Source: Candidatus Jacksonbacteria bacterium RIFOXYB2_FULL_44_15 (GTDB taxonomy: Bacteria > Patescibacteriota > Patescibacteriia > UBA9629). From it: DNA of 64,000 nt. The stretch lies in contig MHJY01000005.1 of assembly GCA_001818235.1 (NCBI GenBank), forward strand, positions 19,277-83,276, given 5' to 3'. This document shows positions 1 through 7,790 of this stretch, one piece after another. Every line of letters starts with the position of its first letter. Within the stretch, counting starts at the first letter, position 1. The notes under the pieces were generated by a model that made no database searches, was not told where the DNA came from, and saw only the letters and a list, made by a program, of their open reading frames with translations. A program made the position numbers and the translations under genes.

Positions 1-87
1 CAATAATTCGAGCGATTTCTCATCGCCTTTTAGATATTTTTTGATTAATTGGGCGTCACTCGACACATCTGTCGTTACAGTAGACAT
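1..87 (-). CDS. 5' end of a gene running off the left edge. Its N-terminus MSTVTTDVSSDAQLIKKYLKGDEKSLELL resembles the start of sigma-70/ECF-type sigma factors. Partial.
   Basis: ATG at 85-87 on the minus strand, open to the window edge. Only 29 codons are visible. Confidence 0.3.
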   Translation of the reverse strand, partial: MSTVTTDVSSDAQLIKKYLKGDEKSLELL

Positions 88-143
88 AGAGACATAATAT
101 CAATAAACCTCCCGCTATCAATCGTATTCATTATATAATACGC

Positions 144-2426
144 TTATTTTTTAACTGTTGTTTCAAAAGAAAGGCGGGCAAAAAGGTAAGAAATTGTAGA
201 TTCAGCGCCCTGGTTTAGGTTAATAAATTTCTCCCCAATCCCATCATAACAGCCTCCAGTAGTCTGATCATAGACTACTTGCCCAAGAACATTGTCCCCC
301 AGAAACCAGTTAAACGCAATGTTCGCAAATTCTCCGTAATGCTTTTTTTTTGTCACTTGAAACATTAGATTGAGAGCTTCTACGGTGGCGGTGGCGTCTT
401 CCGGTTGCTGGTCAAAATACTGTCTGACCCCTGTCTTGGGAAACCAGCCACTTTGCCCGATAGGAATATACATATTGTTTTTAAAGGTATGCTTAATTAA
501 GAAGTTGAGGGTTATTTCCGACACTTTAAGATATTTTTTTTCGCCGGTTATTTTGTACCCGAGGAGGAGCGCTTCCGGCAGAATAGCATTTGAATATGTT
601 AAATAATGCTCAAACCATTCCCAGTCCGAAGAGTGGCTGTTTTCGTACAATGTGATCAACTGTTCACAACAGTTCCTTAATACAGCGAGATTCTTGGGTT
701 CTTTGTTTACTTCGCCGAAGTTGCTACGAAGGCGAGGCCGTTTTGAAAGCAGGCAATAAAGAGCCTTGATGTAAAAAGCGATTGCCCGCGGCGAGGAGAA
801 AGTAATATTGTTCTGGAAACTTTGTTCAAAAAGAGCATGAGCTTGTTTTCTAAAGTGTTTAGGTAGTTGTTTGGTAGTAGAAACTAAGGCGAGAGCATAG
901 AGCGCCCGGGCGCTGGGATCTTCGGAACTTTCCTGGACATTTTTTTGCTTATCTATATCGCGGTTCGAATTTACATAATTGTCAAAATAACCGTCAGGTT
1001 TAGCGACATGATTTATAAAATTAAAATATATCGAGGCGAGTTTTAGCGCGGTGCGGGTCCTAAATTTTTTGTAATAAAGCGCGACCGCAATTAAAGCACG
1101 GGCATTATCATCTAAAGTATATCCGGAAGATATATCTGGTTCGGTCAGCTTGGCAAACTGAATAATGCCAAAATCATCAGTTAATTTAGCCAAATGTTCA
1201 AGTTTTATCGGTGGAAGTTTTCTTTGTCCCAGAGTCAGCTCCGGCGCGAATCGTGAGAAATATTTTACGTAGGAATTGGCAACATTTTCCCATGTCATAT
1301 GCCTGGTGCGGAAATAAGCGTTTTTGCCCATTTGCAAGCACAATTCATTATTACTTACTAATTTTATGATCGCATCCGTATAAGCCTGTGGGTTTTTTAT
1401 ATCCACCAATAAGCCGACCTCATTGGTAATGTCTTGTTTGGCGTGAGCAAAGGCGGTGGATATAACCGGCCGGCCGCTACCAAGGGCGCAAGATAAAGTG
1501 CCGGAGACAGCTTGGTCAGGATTTATGGAAGTGGAAAGATAAACGTCAGTCGCCTCTAAAAATCGGCGGAGTTTTTTTACGTCAGAATAGGTATTATAAA
1601 AACGAACGTGATTGGTTAAACCAAGCTGGCGTACTTTTTTAATCAGAAAATTACGGTAGATTTCGCCTTCCTGTTCCAGAACAGCCGGATGAGTGATGCC
1701 GGCGATAAAAAATCGAACATTAGGGAATTTTTCTACCACCAAGGGCAGTGCCTCGATTACATATTCAATCCCTTTGCCAGGGCTAAGAAATCCAAAGGTC
1801 GAGAGAATTATGTTGCGAGATATGCCGCGGGCAGACTTGGCGCGCGCGCTGGTTCTATAAGGAACATGATGGATTCCATGTGGAATAACTTGAATTCGGT
1901 CAGGATCTAACCCATAATCCCGCTGGAGAATTTTTTTGGAAAATTCGGTCATGACGATTATTCCTTTCGAATATTTCATTATTTTTTGAACAATGTCGCG
2001 CATTTTTTCGACTGGAGCAGGAAGAACAGTGTGCATGGTAGTAACAACCGGTTTGCGAAGTTTTTCCAAAAAAAGCAGTAAATGTGATCCATATTCCCCG
2101 CCAAAGAGACCGAATTCATGTTGAATGTTGATTAGATGTACCTTTTTGAGCCGATTAAGTTTGTTGGCGGCGTTAACATAGTCTTCTTCGCGCGGCTGGC
2201 TTATCTGGAGAATTACTTTATTAGAATAGGGGAGATGGCTTACTTCCGTACGATTCAGCGCGACAATTTTTGATTTAACCGACTGTCCAAACATTTTATC
2301 AACAGCATTGCTAAGATCAGCGGTAAAGGTAGCGAGACCGCATCGTCTTGGCGGAAAGGTGGAGAGACAAACGATCCAACCTGCCTTGTTAGAAGTTTTT
2401 TTATTTGCTTTTGTTTGTTGAGTCAT
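144..2426 (-). CDS. Two-domain glycosyltransferase: an N-terminal GT4-type (GT-B) domain plus a ~370-aa C-terminal domain that looks like an (alpha/alpha)-toroid glycosidase-like module
   Basis: An STFPPRRCGLATF motif near the N-terminus is typical of GT4 enzymes, followed by a GIEYVIEAL...FFIAG core. The start is ambiguous: the track gives 2468, and Met15 at 2426 is preferred. Confidence 0.6.
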   Translation of the reverse strand: MTQQTKANKKTSNKAGWIVCLSTFPPRRCGLATFTADLSNAVDKMFGQSVKSKIVALNRTEVSHLPYSNKVILQISQPREEDYVNAANKLNRLKKVHLINIQHEFGLFGGEYGSHLLLFLEKLRKPVVTTMHTVLPAPVEKMRDIVQKIMKYSKGIIVMTEFSKKILQRDYGLDPDRIQVIPHGIHHVPYRTSARAKSARGISRNIILSTFGFLSPGKGIEYVIEALPLVVEKFPNVRFFIAGITHPAVLEQEGEIYRNFLIKKVRQLGLTNHVRFYNTYSDVKKLRRFLEATDVYLSTSINPDQAVSGTLSCALGSGRPVISTAFAHAKQDITNEVGLLVDIKNPQAYTDAIIKLVSNNELCLQMGKNAYFRTRHMTWENVANSYVKYFSRFAPELTLGQRKLPPIKLEHLAKLTDDFGIIQFAKLTEPDISSGYTLDDNARALIAVALYYKKFRTRTALKLASIYFNFINHVAKPDGYFDNYVNSNRDIDKQKNVQESSEDPSARALYALALVSTTKQLPKHFRKQAHALFEQSFQNNITFSSPRAIAFYIKALYCLLSKRPRLRSNFGEVNKEPKNLAVLRNCCEQLITLYENSHSSDWEWFEHYLTYSNAILPEALLLGYKITGEKKYLKVSEITLNFLIKHTFKNNMYIPIGQSGWFPKTGVRQYFDQQPEDATATVEALNLMFQVTKKKHYGEFANIAFNWFLGDNVLGQVVYDQTTGGCYDGIGEKFINLNQGAESTISYLFARLSFETTVKK

Positions 2427-3441
2427 AGGGAGCTTTTTTGAGTTCTGCCAACAGTTCGTCGAGATCAACCGATTTGGCGGCGATTAGCTTGTCGGCGGCT
2501 CCATAATAAATGTAAAGTCTTTTATCTTGCACCACTGCTCCGGTAGGAAAGACAACGTTATTAACGACGCCTTTTTTTTCCCAATCAGCTTCCGGGGAAA
2601 ACAGGGGCTCGGTTAATCGCCCTAAAACTTTCAGGGGATTTTTTAGATCAAGCAGGGCCGCGGTGGCATGATAGATTTTTCCGCGAGGGGAATTTTCCAC
2701 CCCGTGATAGATAAAAAGCCAGCCGTCTTTTGTTTCTATAGGCGGACAACCGCCGCCGATGTTATGGCTTTCAAACCAAAAGAGGGGATCAAGCACGATA
2801 AAATCATCTAAATTTTTTAAATGATCGCGCCAGTGATCTTCGGTAAATTCGGAGAAACTGTCAAAGTAAACAATTTGAATTCCCGGCAGAACGCGGTGGA
2901 TAAGAGCGAATTTATTATTGAATTTTTGGGGAAAGAGAGAGGCGTCTTTTTCGAACAGCAAAATATCTTCTCCGGCGCTTTCCTTGTAGATCGTTTCGAA
3001 CGTCGTATATTTATCTATGACTTTTGACTCGCGAAAATTGTCGCCTGCTTCTTGGTAAGAAATTTTCGGCGAGATCAGGCCCTGTTTGGCGAAGTGTGTA
3101 AGATCTTTACTTGTGGCGTAGGCAATCAGAGCGTTTTTGCCGTCATAGGCAGTGTAGAAAAGATAGTACGTTCCCTCTAATAGAGTGATTCTGGGATCTT
3201 CGACGCCCCTTTTTTCGTAATCATATTCCGGGCATAGAATCGGCTTGGTAAGTCTTTTGACAACTTTATCATTTTGGAGCTGGCAGTAGCCGATGGAAGA
3301 AACGTTATTCTGGCTAACTGCCCGATAGAACATATGAGTGATGCCATCTATCTGGATGCAGGCCGGGTTTAAAACGCCCTTATTTTCGAATTCCAGCTCT
3401 GTTTTTTCAATTATTATTCCTTCGTTTTTAACTGCGATCAT
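2401..3441 (-). CDS. GH130-family glycoside phosphorylase / DUF377-type beta-propeller glycosidase
   Basis: The N-terminal GVLNPA and the overall pattern fit GH130. It is co-oriented with the GT4 gene and overlaps it. Confidence 0.6.
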   Translation of the reverse strand: MIAVKNEGIIIEKTELEFENKGVLNPACIQIDGITHMFYRAVSQNNVSSIGYCQLQNDKVVKRLTKPILCPEYDYEKRGVEDPRITLLEGTYYLFYTAYDGKNALIAYATSKDLTHFAKQGLISPKISYQEAGDNFRESKVIDKYTTFETIYKESAGEDILLFEKDASLFPQKFNNKFALIHRVLPGIQIVYFDSFSEFTEDHWRDHLKNLDDFIVLDPLFWFESHNIGGGCPPIETKDGWLFIYHGVENSPRGKIYHATAALLDLKNPLKVLGRLTEPLFSPEADWEKKGVVNNVVFPTGAVVQDKRLYIYYGAADKLIAAKSVDLDELLAELKKAPYDSTNKSK

Positions 3442-3486
3442 GGGTTTGGATTTTTTAAATTAGTGAAACTTTTTTACCTCACCTAA

Positions 3487-3508
3487 TACCCCGCCTTTTG
3501 GGGCGGGG
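3487..3508. other. GC-rich hairpin (CCCCGCC-ttttgg-GGCGGGG) between the Dam-like MTase 3' end and the GH130 start. Possible U-tract-less terminator or island boundary.
   Basis: Perfect 7-bp GC stem seen directly in the sequence. No adjacent T-run on either strand. Confidence 0.3.
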
Positions 3509-3553
3509 GAGTGCGTTACTTTTGGCTGGCGTTTTAAAGTTGGACAGGCTTCT

Positions 3554-4621
3554 TTATTTTACGACCACATAATGCAAATACTCGACCGTTTTTTTTGCTT
3601 TATAATTGCGGTTTTCCGACGTGTCCGCTTTAAAACGATTATACTCTTTTGTAAAATGACCATACTTGCCCCTTAGGCTCATTATTTCCTTGATATCGTC
3701 CAAGGACATTAAGCCCTCATTGTTGTAGCTTAAAAAGATATATTTTACTTTTGCTTTTAAAATTAAATTTGTGAAAGCTTTTTTTACTTTTGTTCTTGAA
3801 CAATAAAGAGATTTTTGCTTTTCATACTCTCGTAACCCCGTTTTACCGTGGATTTTCGGATTGTCATACTTAGCCACTGTTTCTAATAAATGATAATTTG
3901 TTGCATATTGGCGGTGATTATATGGTGGGTCAAGATACAGAATATCGCCAGCGACCTTGCTTGCAAGTTCGTTGATATCCTCGTTGAATACTTGGTGCTT
4001 TTGGTCGTTTATTATCAGCTCTGCCGGTTTTAACACTAAGGGTGTTTGTGCCGTTTTTTTTAATTGTTTCAAAAATGCACCGTAGACCGAGGCGGTGTTT
4101 GCTCGCTTATCAATCGTTTCAATAAGCGTAGCCAAGAGAAAATAATACTCATTATTAGTAATCAACTTTTCTTTTTTCCACTTTTCAATTTCCGTTCTTA
4201 TCGCATCGCACCTTTTTCCATTTTCATCTGAAAAATATTGTCGTTGAAATTCCTTATTTTGCGTTCCACCCAAACAATAATTTTTGAATATAAACCCCTT
4301 TATTCCTTTAAGATTTGAAAGGTAATCACAAATAAAGTTTTTCCTCTCGGCAATTTCAATATTTTTCAGTTTTGGTAAAATTTTTATTAATTGCTGAAAA
4401 TTTAGATGTTCGTGGTTTTCAATGTACTGTTTATTGAGAACGAAACTATAATACTGAATATCGTTGGCAATAACCGTATATCCTTTCTTTTTGAAATAAG
4501 AGCCGACAATACCGGTTCCAGCAAATAAATCGCAAAAAACATGACAGTTTTTATCAATCACTTTACTTATTGATTCATCTAAAAATTCTAATAATGATAA
4601 TTTACTGCCGATATAGTTCAT
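3554..4621 (-). CDS. D12-class (Dam-like) N6-adenine DNA methyltransferase
   Basis: N-terminal MNYIGSK...FAGTG (motif I) and LYLDPPYNHRQY (motif IV, DPPY) in alpha-class order. Confidence 0.8.
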   Translation of the reverse strand: MNYIGSKLSLLEFLDESISKVIDKNCHVFCDLFAGTGIVGSYFKKKGYTVIANDIQYYSFVLNKQYIENHEHLNFQQLIKILPKLKNIEIAERKNFICDYLSNLKGIKGFIFKNYCLGGTQNKEFQRQYFSDENGKRCDAIRTEIEKWKKEKLITNNEYYFLLATLIETIDKRANTASVYGAFLKQLKKTAQTPLVLKPAELIINDQKHQVFNEDINELASKVAGDILYLDPPYNHRQYATNYHLLETVAKYDNPKIHGKTGLREYEKQKSLYCSRTKVKKAFTNLILKAKVKYIFLSYNNEGLMSLDDIKEIMSLRGKYGHFTKEYNRFKADTSENRNYKAKKTVEYLHYVVVK

Positions 4622-4623
4622 AA

Positions 4624-5793
4624 CTAATAATTTATTTTCTCAAAAAATAAATCAGCATTTTCTAAATGGTATTCAATATACTTCAGGCTATTACACCTTC
4701 GGGAATTTCTGGCATTAAAATCGTTGAAAGTATCAACAATCTTTTGATACCTTTCTGTAGTTTTATCATCTATTTTTTTGGAAACCAAATAGGGCTGTAT
4801 GTCACTTTGCCTATTCGGGGTGTAATACTGCTCTATCCAGTCAATATATCTTTGTATCTGCTTTGTATTGCTTATGTCCGCCTCTACCGACTTCAATTCT
4901 ATCGGCAACAAAACTCGTTGACCATTTTGGATGGTTGAGACCATAACATCAATTCGTTGCATACCAACCCCACAAGACACTTCATTGCCAAGCCATTCAA
5001 ATTCTAGATTTTCATCCAAAATGCAATTGTCTAAAGACTGATTTATTCCTTTTCCGATATTTCGTACAATGTATGCTTGTAGGTGCGTCTCGAAAGATGT
5101 ATTTGCACGATATTTAGTAACTAATCTCGGGAGTAAATTTATATTTTCCTTTCTGCCGGTATAGGTTTTCACATTGTCGTTAGTCAAAACAATTTTTTGT
5201 CCATTTTGGTCAAATGATAATTTATGGCCGCCGATGTTTAATTCTTGTCTGTTGTTCCTATCCCTTATCAATTGGCATAATCTTTCCGCTTCATAAATAG
5301 TTATCATAGTATTTCCTCTATTGCCTTTCAGCTTTCGATAAATTAAACTCCAAAGCATTTGATTCGGAGATTGCATATTTTTTATCTCATCTAATGCTTC
5401 CCACTCGGTTACGCCATCCGCATAAACCTTACTTGGTTCAATAAGTGTTCTGAAAGTTAAGGATTTCTCTAGTTCATTTGTCAAGTACTGTCCGTTGTCG
5501 TTGTTGTCTAAAAAAGACCAATCATTTTTGGCTTTGAAAATTCCAAAAAATTTTCCCTCAAATATTTTTTTTGAAAATTCTTGTTGTAGATAGAAAATAA
5601 CCTGATCGCCACTTCGCACTCTACTACCATCAGCTATCATCCCAACTAACATATTTTCTTTTGTGTGGTGTAGAATTGTATTTGAGGAATTATTAAAATC
5701 GATATGATTATTTTGTGCTCCAGTGCCGGCAAAAAGATATTCCAAATGTAGTTTGAAAGTGGTTGCACCAACAATGAATACGTGTGTTGTCAT
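4624..5793 (-). CDS. Putative nuclease: N-terminal PUA/EVE-like fold plus C-terminal PD-(D/E)xK core. Candidate restriction endonuclease (or modification-dependent) partner of the flanking MTases.
   Basis: GDQVIFYLQ resembles the EVE GDxVxFYHS motif. The C-terminus has RIDVMV...LPIELK (D...ExK). The gene is packed 2-3 bp from both MTase genes. Domain calls are by eye only. Confidence 0.45.
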   Translation of the reverse strand: MTTHVFIVGATTFKLHLEYLFAGTGAQNNHIDFNNSSNTILHHTKENMLVGMIADGSRVRSGDQVIFYLQQEFSKKIFEGKFFGIFKAKNDWSFLDNNDNGQYLTNELEKSLTFRTLIEPSKVYADGVTEWEALDEIKNMQSPNQMLWSLIYRKLKGNRGNTMITIYEAERLCQLIRDRNNRQELNIGGHKLSFDQNGQKIVLTNDNVKTYTGRKENINLLPRLVTKYRANTSFETHLQAYIVRNIGKGINQSLDNCILDENLEFEWLGNEVSCGVGMQRIDVMVSTIQNGQRVLLPIELKSVEADISNTKQIQRYIDWIEQYYTPNRQSDIQPYLVSKKIDDKTTERYQKIVDTFNDFNARNSRRCNSLKYIEYHLENADLFFEKINY

Positions 5794-5796
5794 AAT

Positions 5797-6426
5797 TTAG
5801 TTTTTAAAAATTAAAATATATTCGTGTTTAAAAATATAGTAATCGCTTGATAATGCTCTGTATTTCCAAATAGCTTCCTTGTTTTGTTTAGCTCGATTAC
5901 CCTCCATATTCTTAATTATAATACTTTTTAGAGTAAGCCCCAATTTTTGTGCTTCATTCAAACAATAAAATCCCAATGGGATCCATTTCCCTTGTGTATA
6001 TTTGTCGCCTATGACTATCGTCAAATATCTATTCTTCTCTAGCAAATCAAGCGTATTGCTGATTACAAGCGAAAATCCATTGAGAAAATCCCGCAAAGAT
6101 TTTGTGTTAGACAAATCCTTTTCGTGATTACTGAATTTGATAATGTTTGCATATGGTGGGTGTAAAATTGCCAGTTGTATATTTTTCTTTTTTTTGCGGT
6201 TTAGAATTTCGGTGATATTCGAAAAAGTATTTTTATCTGTACTATCACCCGCAACAAGTTCTGCAAAATAATTTTTATTATCTACGTTACTTTTAATGTG
6301 CTTTATCAGTTCTGGCTGAATATCAACTCCGATAAAATGCCTGCTCAAACTCTCCGCCTCATAGGCCGTTGTCCCACTACCTACAAATGGATCAAAAACA
6401 ACATCATTTCTTTTTGTATATCTCAA
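5797..6426 (-). CDS. pfam01555-like N4/N6 DNA methyltransferase with permuted motif order (X-I...IV-VIII); TTG start as tracked
   Basis: DPFVGSGTT (motif I) comes at residues 12-20. NIQLAILHPPY (motif IV) comes about 70 aa later. IIIKNMEGN...EAIWKY lies near the C-terminus. A further 67 in-frame codons upstream (to a stop at 6625-6627) encode the motif-X-like peptide HGNFIPQIPRQLI but contain no ATG/GTG/TTG. Confidence 0.6.
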   Translation of the reverse strand: MRYTKRNDVVFDPFVGSGTTAYEAESLSRHFIGVDIQPELIKHIKSNVDNKNYFAELVAGDSTDKNTFSNITEILNRKKKKNIQLAILHPPYANIIKFSNHEKDLSNTKSLRDFLNGFSLVISNTLDLLEKNRYLTIVIGDKYTQGKWIPLGFYCLNEAQKLGLTLKSIIIKNMEGNRAKQNKEAIWKYRALSSDYYIFKHEYILIFKN

Positions 6427-6842
6427 AATTAATTGTCGTGGAATTTGTGGAATAAAATTACCATGATAAAAACCATCATGCTTTCCAGATTTATCGCGTT
6501 CCGGAATAATCCAAAGACTATCGGTCCAAATTTCTGATTCTTTCCAATTATTTAGATTTAGATCATTAAAAATTGGTATATTTTTTTTAGCTCCAGCAAT
6601 TCTGTCGGGCTGGTTTATTCTTGGTTATTATTTTTTAGGAAAAGCGAAGTAAATCTGCTCTCTTTATTTTCCGTCAGGAGCGGTCATTTTCAAGTGTACG
6701 ATTTTTTCGTACACTTGGCTTCCTTCATTTTTCAATTTCCAGTCTTGCTTTTTTAGCTGCAAACCCGCCTCCAGGAGATTCTAATTTCAGTTGTCCTCCT
6801 TTTTGGGACAACTTGTTTTTTTCAACACAGTCAAAATTTAAG

Positions 6843-6914
6843 TCGGGGTACCGAGAGTCGAACTCGGAACCTCACGCACCCGAAGCGTGCGCCATACCAT
6901 TAGGCCATACCCCG
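6843..6914 (-). tRNA. tRNA-Pro (anticodon CGG)
   Basis: Hand-folded. Acceptor stem CGGGGTA/TACCCCG (7 bp, C1:G72, A73). U8, A14, G18G19, A21. Anticodon stem CACGC/GCGTG with loop UUCGGGU (U33, CGG, G37). 5-nt variable loop. T-arm CCGAG-TTCGACT-CTCGG. No encoded CCA. Confidence 0.85.
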
Positions 6915-6945
6915 ACTCAAACTTTGACAAAATAATTTTCAATTT

Positions 6946-7722
6946 TTACCACACCACCGCATTCCCCCTAAACACCGGCCCGTCGGTGCAAACAGTATGA
7001 TATTTGTCGTCAGCCAGTTTGACTGCACAGCCTAAGCAAATCCCTGTTCCGCAAGCCATTCGTTCTTCCAAAGAAACTTGGCTGGGTAAGTTCAAATTTT
7101 GAGCAACCGCGACTGCCGCTTTCATCATCGGCAAGGGCCCGCAAGCGATTACCTGTTGGATTTGATACTCGCTAATTTTTTTCTGCAAAAGTTCCGTTAT
7201 CAAACCTTTGTACCCAAAACTTCCGTCATCAGTGGCGCAGTCCACGCGCTTGCAATATCGCGCCAGTTCCAGGTGTCCGCATAACAAGTCGTTGCGGCGC
7301 GCGCCGAGAAAGCCGAACAAATTAACATTTTCCGCCCATTTTTTAGCCAGAAACAGAATTGGGCCGATGCCAGTGCCGCCGGCGACAATGGCGACTCGTT
7401 TAACGTCCGGTTCCAGCCAAAAACCATTGCCCAGTGGCCCGGTAATATATATCATAGCACCTTTTTTACTCTCGGCAAGGATTTGGGTGCCGCGGCCGAC
7501 AACTTTAAAAATTAATTCCAGCCGGCCTTTTTTGGGGTTGGCGAAAGAAATGCCTAAAGGACGGGGTAAAAGGGGATTTAAGCTGTGATCAACTTTAAGC
7601 TGAACAAACTGGCCGGGGATTGCCGTCTCGGCGATTTTCGGCGCCTCAAGCGTTAATTTAAAATTATCCGTGGCGATTTTTCGAATACTTAAAATTTTAG
7701 CGGATTCTAAGTGCTTAGCCAT
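6946..7722 (-). CDS. pyrK: Dihydroorotate dehydrogenase electron-transfer subunit (PyrK-like FAD/[2Fe-2S] oxidoreductase)
   Basis: FNR-like fold with the C-terminal cluster motif LEERMACGTGICLGCAV. Start taken at MAKHLESAKILSIRKIA to avoid overlap with the divergent pyrC. Confidence 0.7.
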   Translation of the reverse strand: MAKHLESAKILSIRKIATDNFKLTLEAPKIAETAIPGQFVQLKVDHSLNPLLPRPLGISFANPKKGRLELIFKVVGRGTQILAESKKGAMIYITGPLGNGFWLEPDVKRVAIVAGGTGIGPILFLAKKWAENVNLFGFLGARRNDLLCGHLELARYCKRVDCATDDGSFGYKGLITELLQKKISEYQIQQVIACGPLPMMKAAVAVAQNLNLPSQVSLEERMACGTGICLGCAVKLADDKYHTVCTDGPVFRGNAVVW

Positions 7723-7790
7723 AAATATATGGTTATCATAGCGGATTTTACTTGGGCGGGCAAGATGTGGTATATTGGAAATGTCAAAAT

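Noticed and set aside
3487-3508. GC hairpin as a classical rho-independent terminator
   Set aside because: A perfect 7-bp GC stem, but no U-tract follows on either strand. Kept only as a low-confidence structural feature.
6843-6918. Alternative tRNA registers giving anticodon UUC (Glu) or UCG (Arg)
   Set aside because: Those registers lack U33 or leave the anticodon stem unpaired. Only the CACGC/GCGTG stem with loop UUCGGGU (anticodon CGG) gives a canonical cloverleaf with C1:G72 and A73, typical of tRNA-Pro.
7099-7588. ORFs 7099-7284(+), 7200-7427(-), 7208-7588(+) overlapping pyrK
   Set aside because: They are embedded in or antisense to the well-supported pyrK frame, and their composition looks non-coding.
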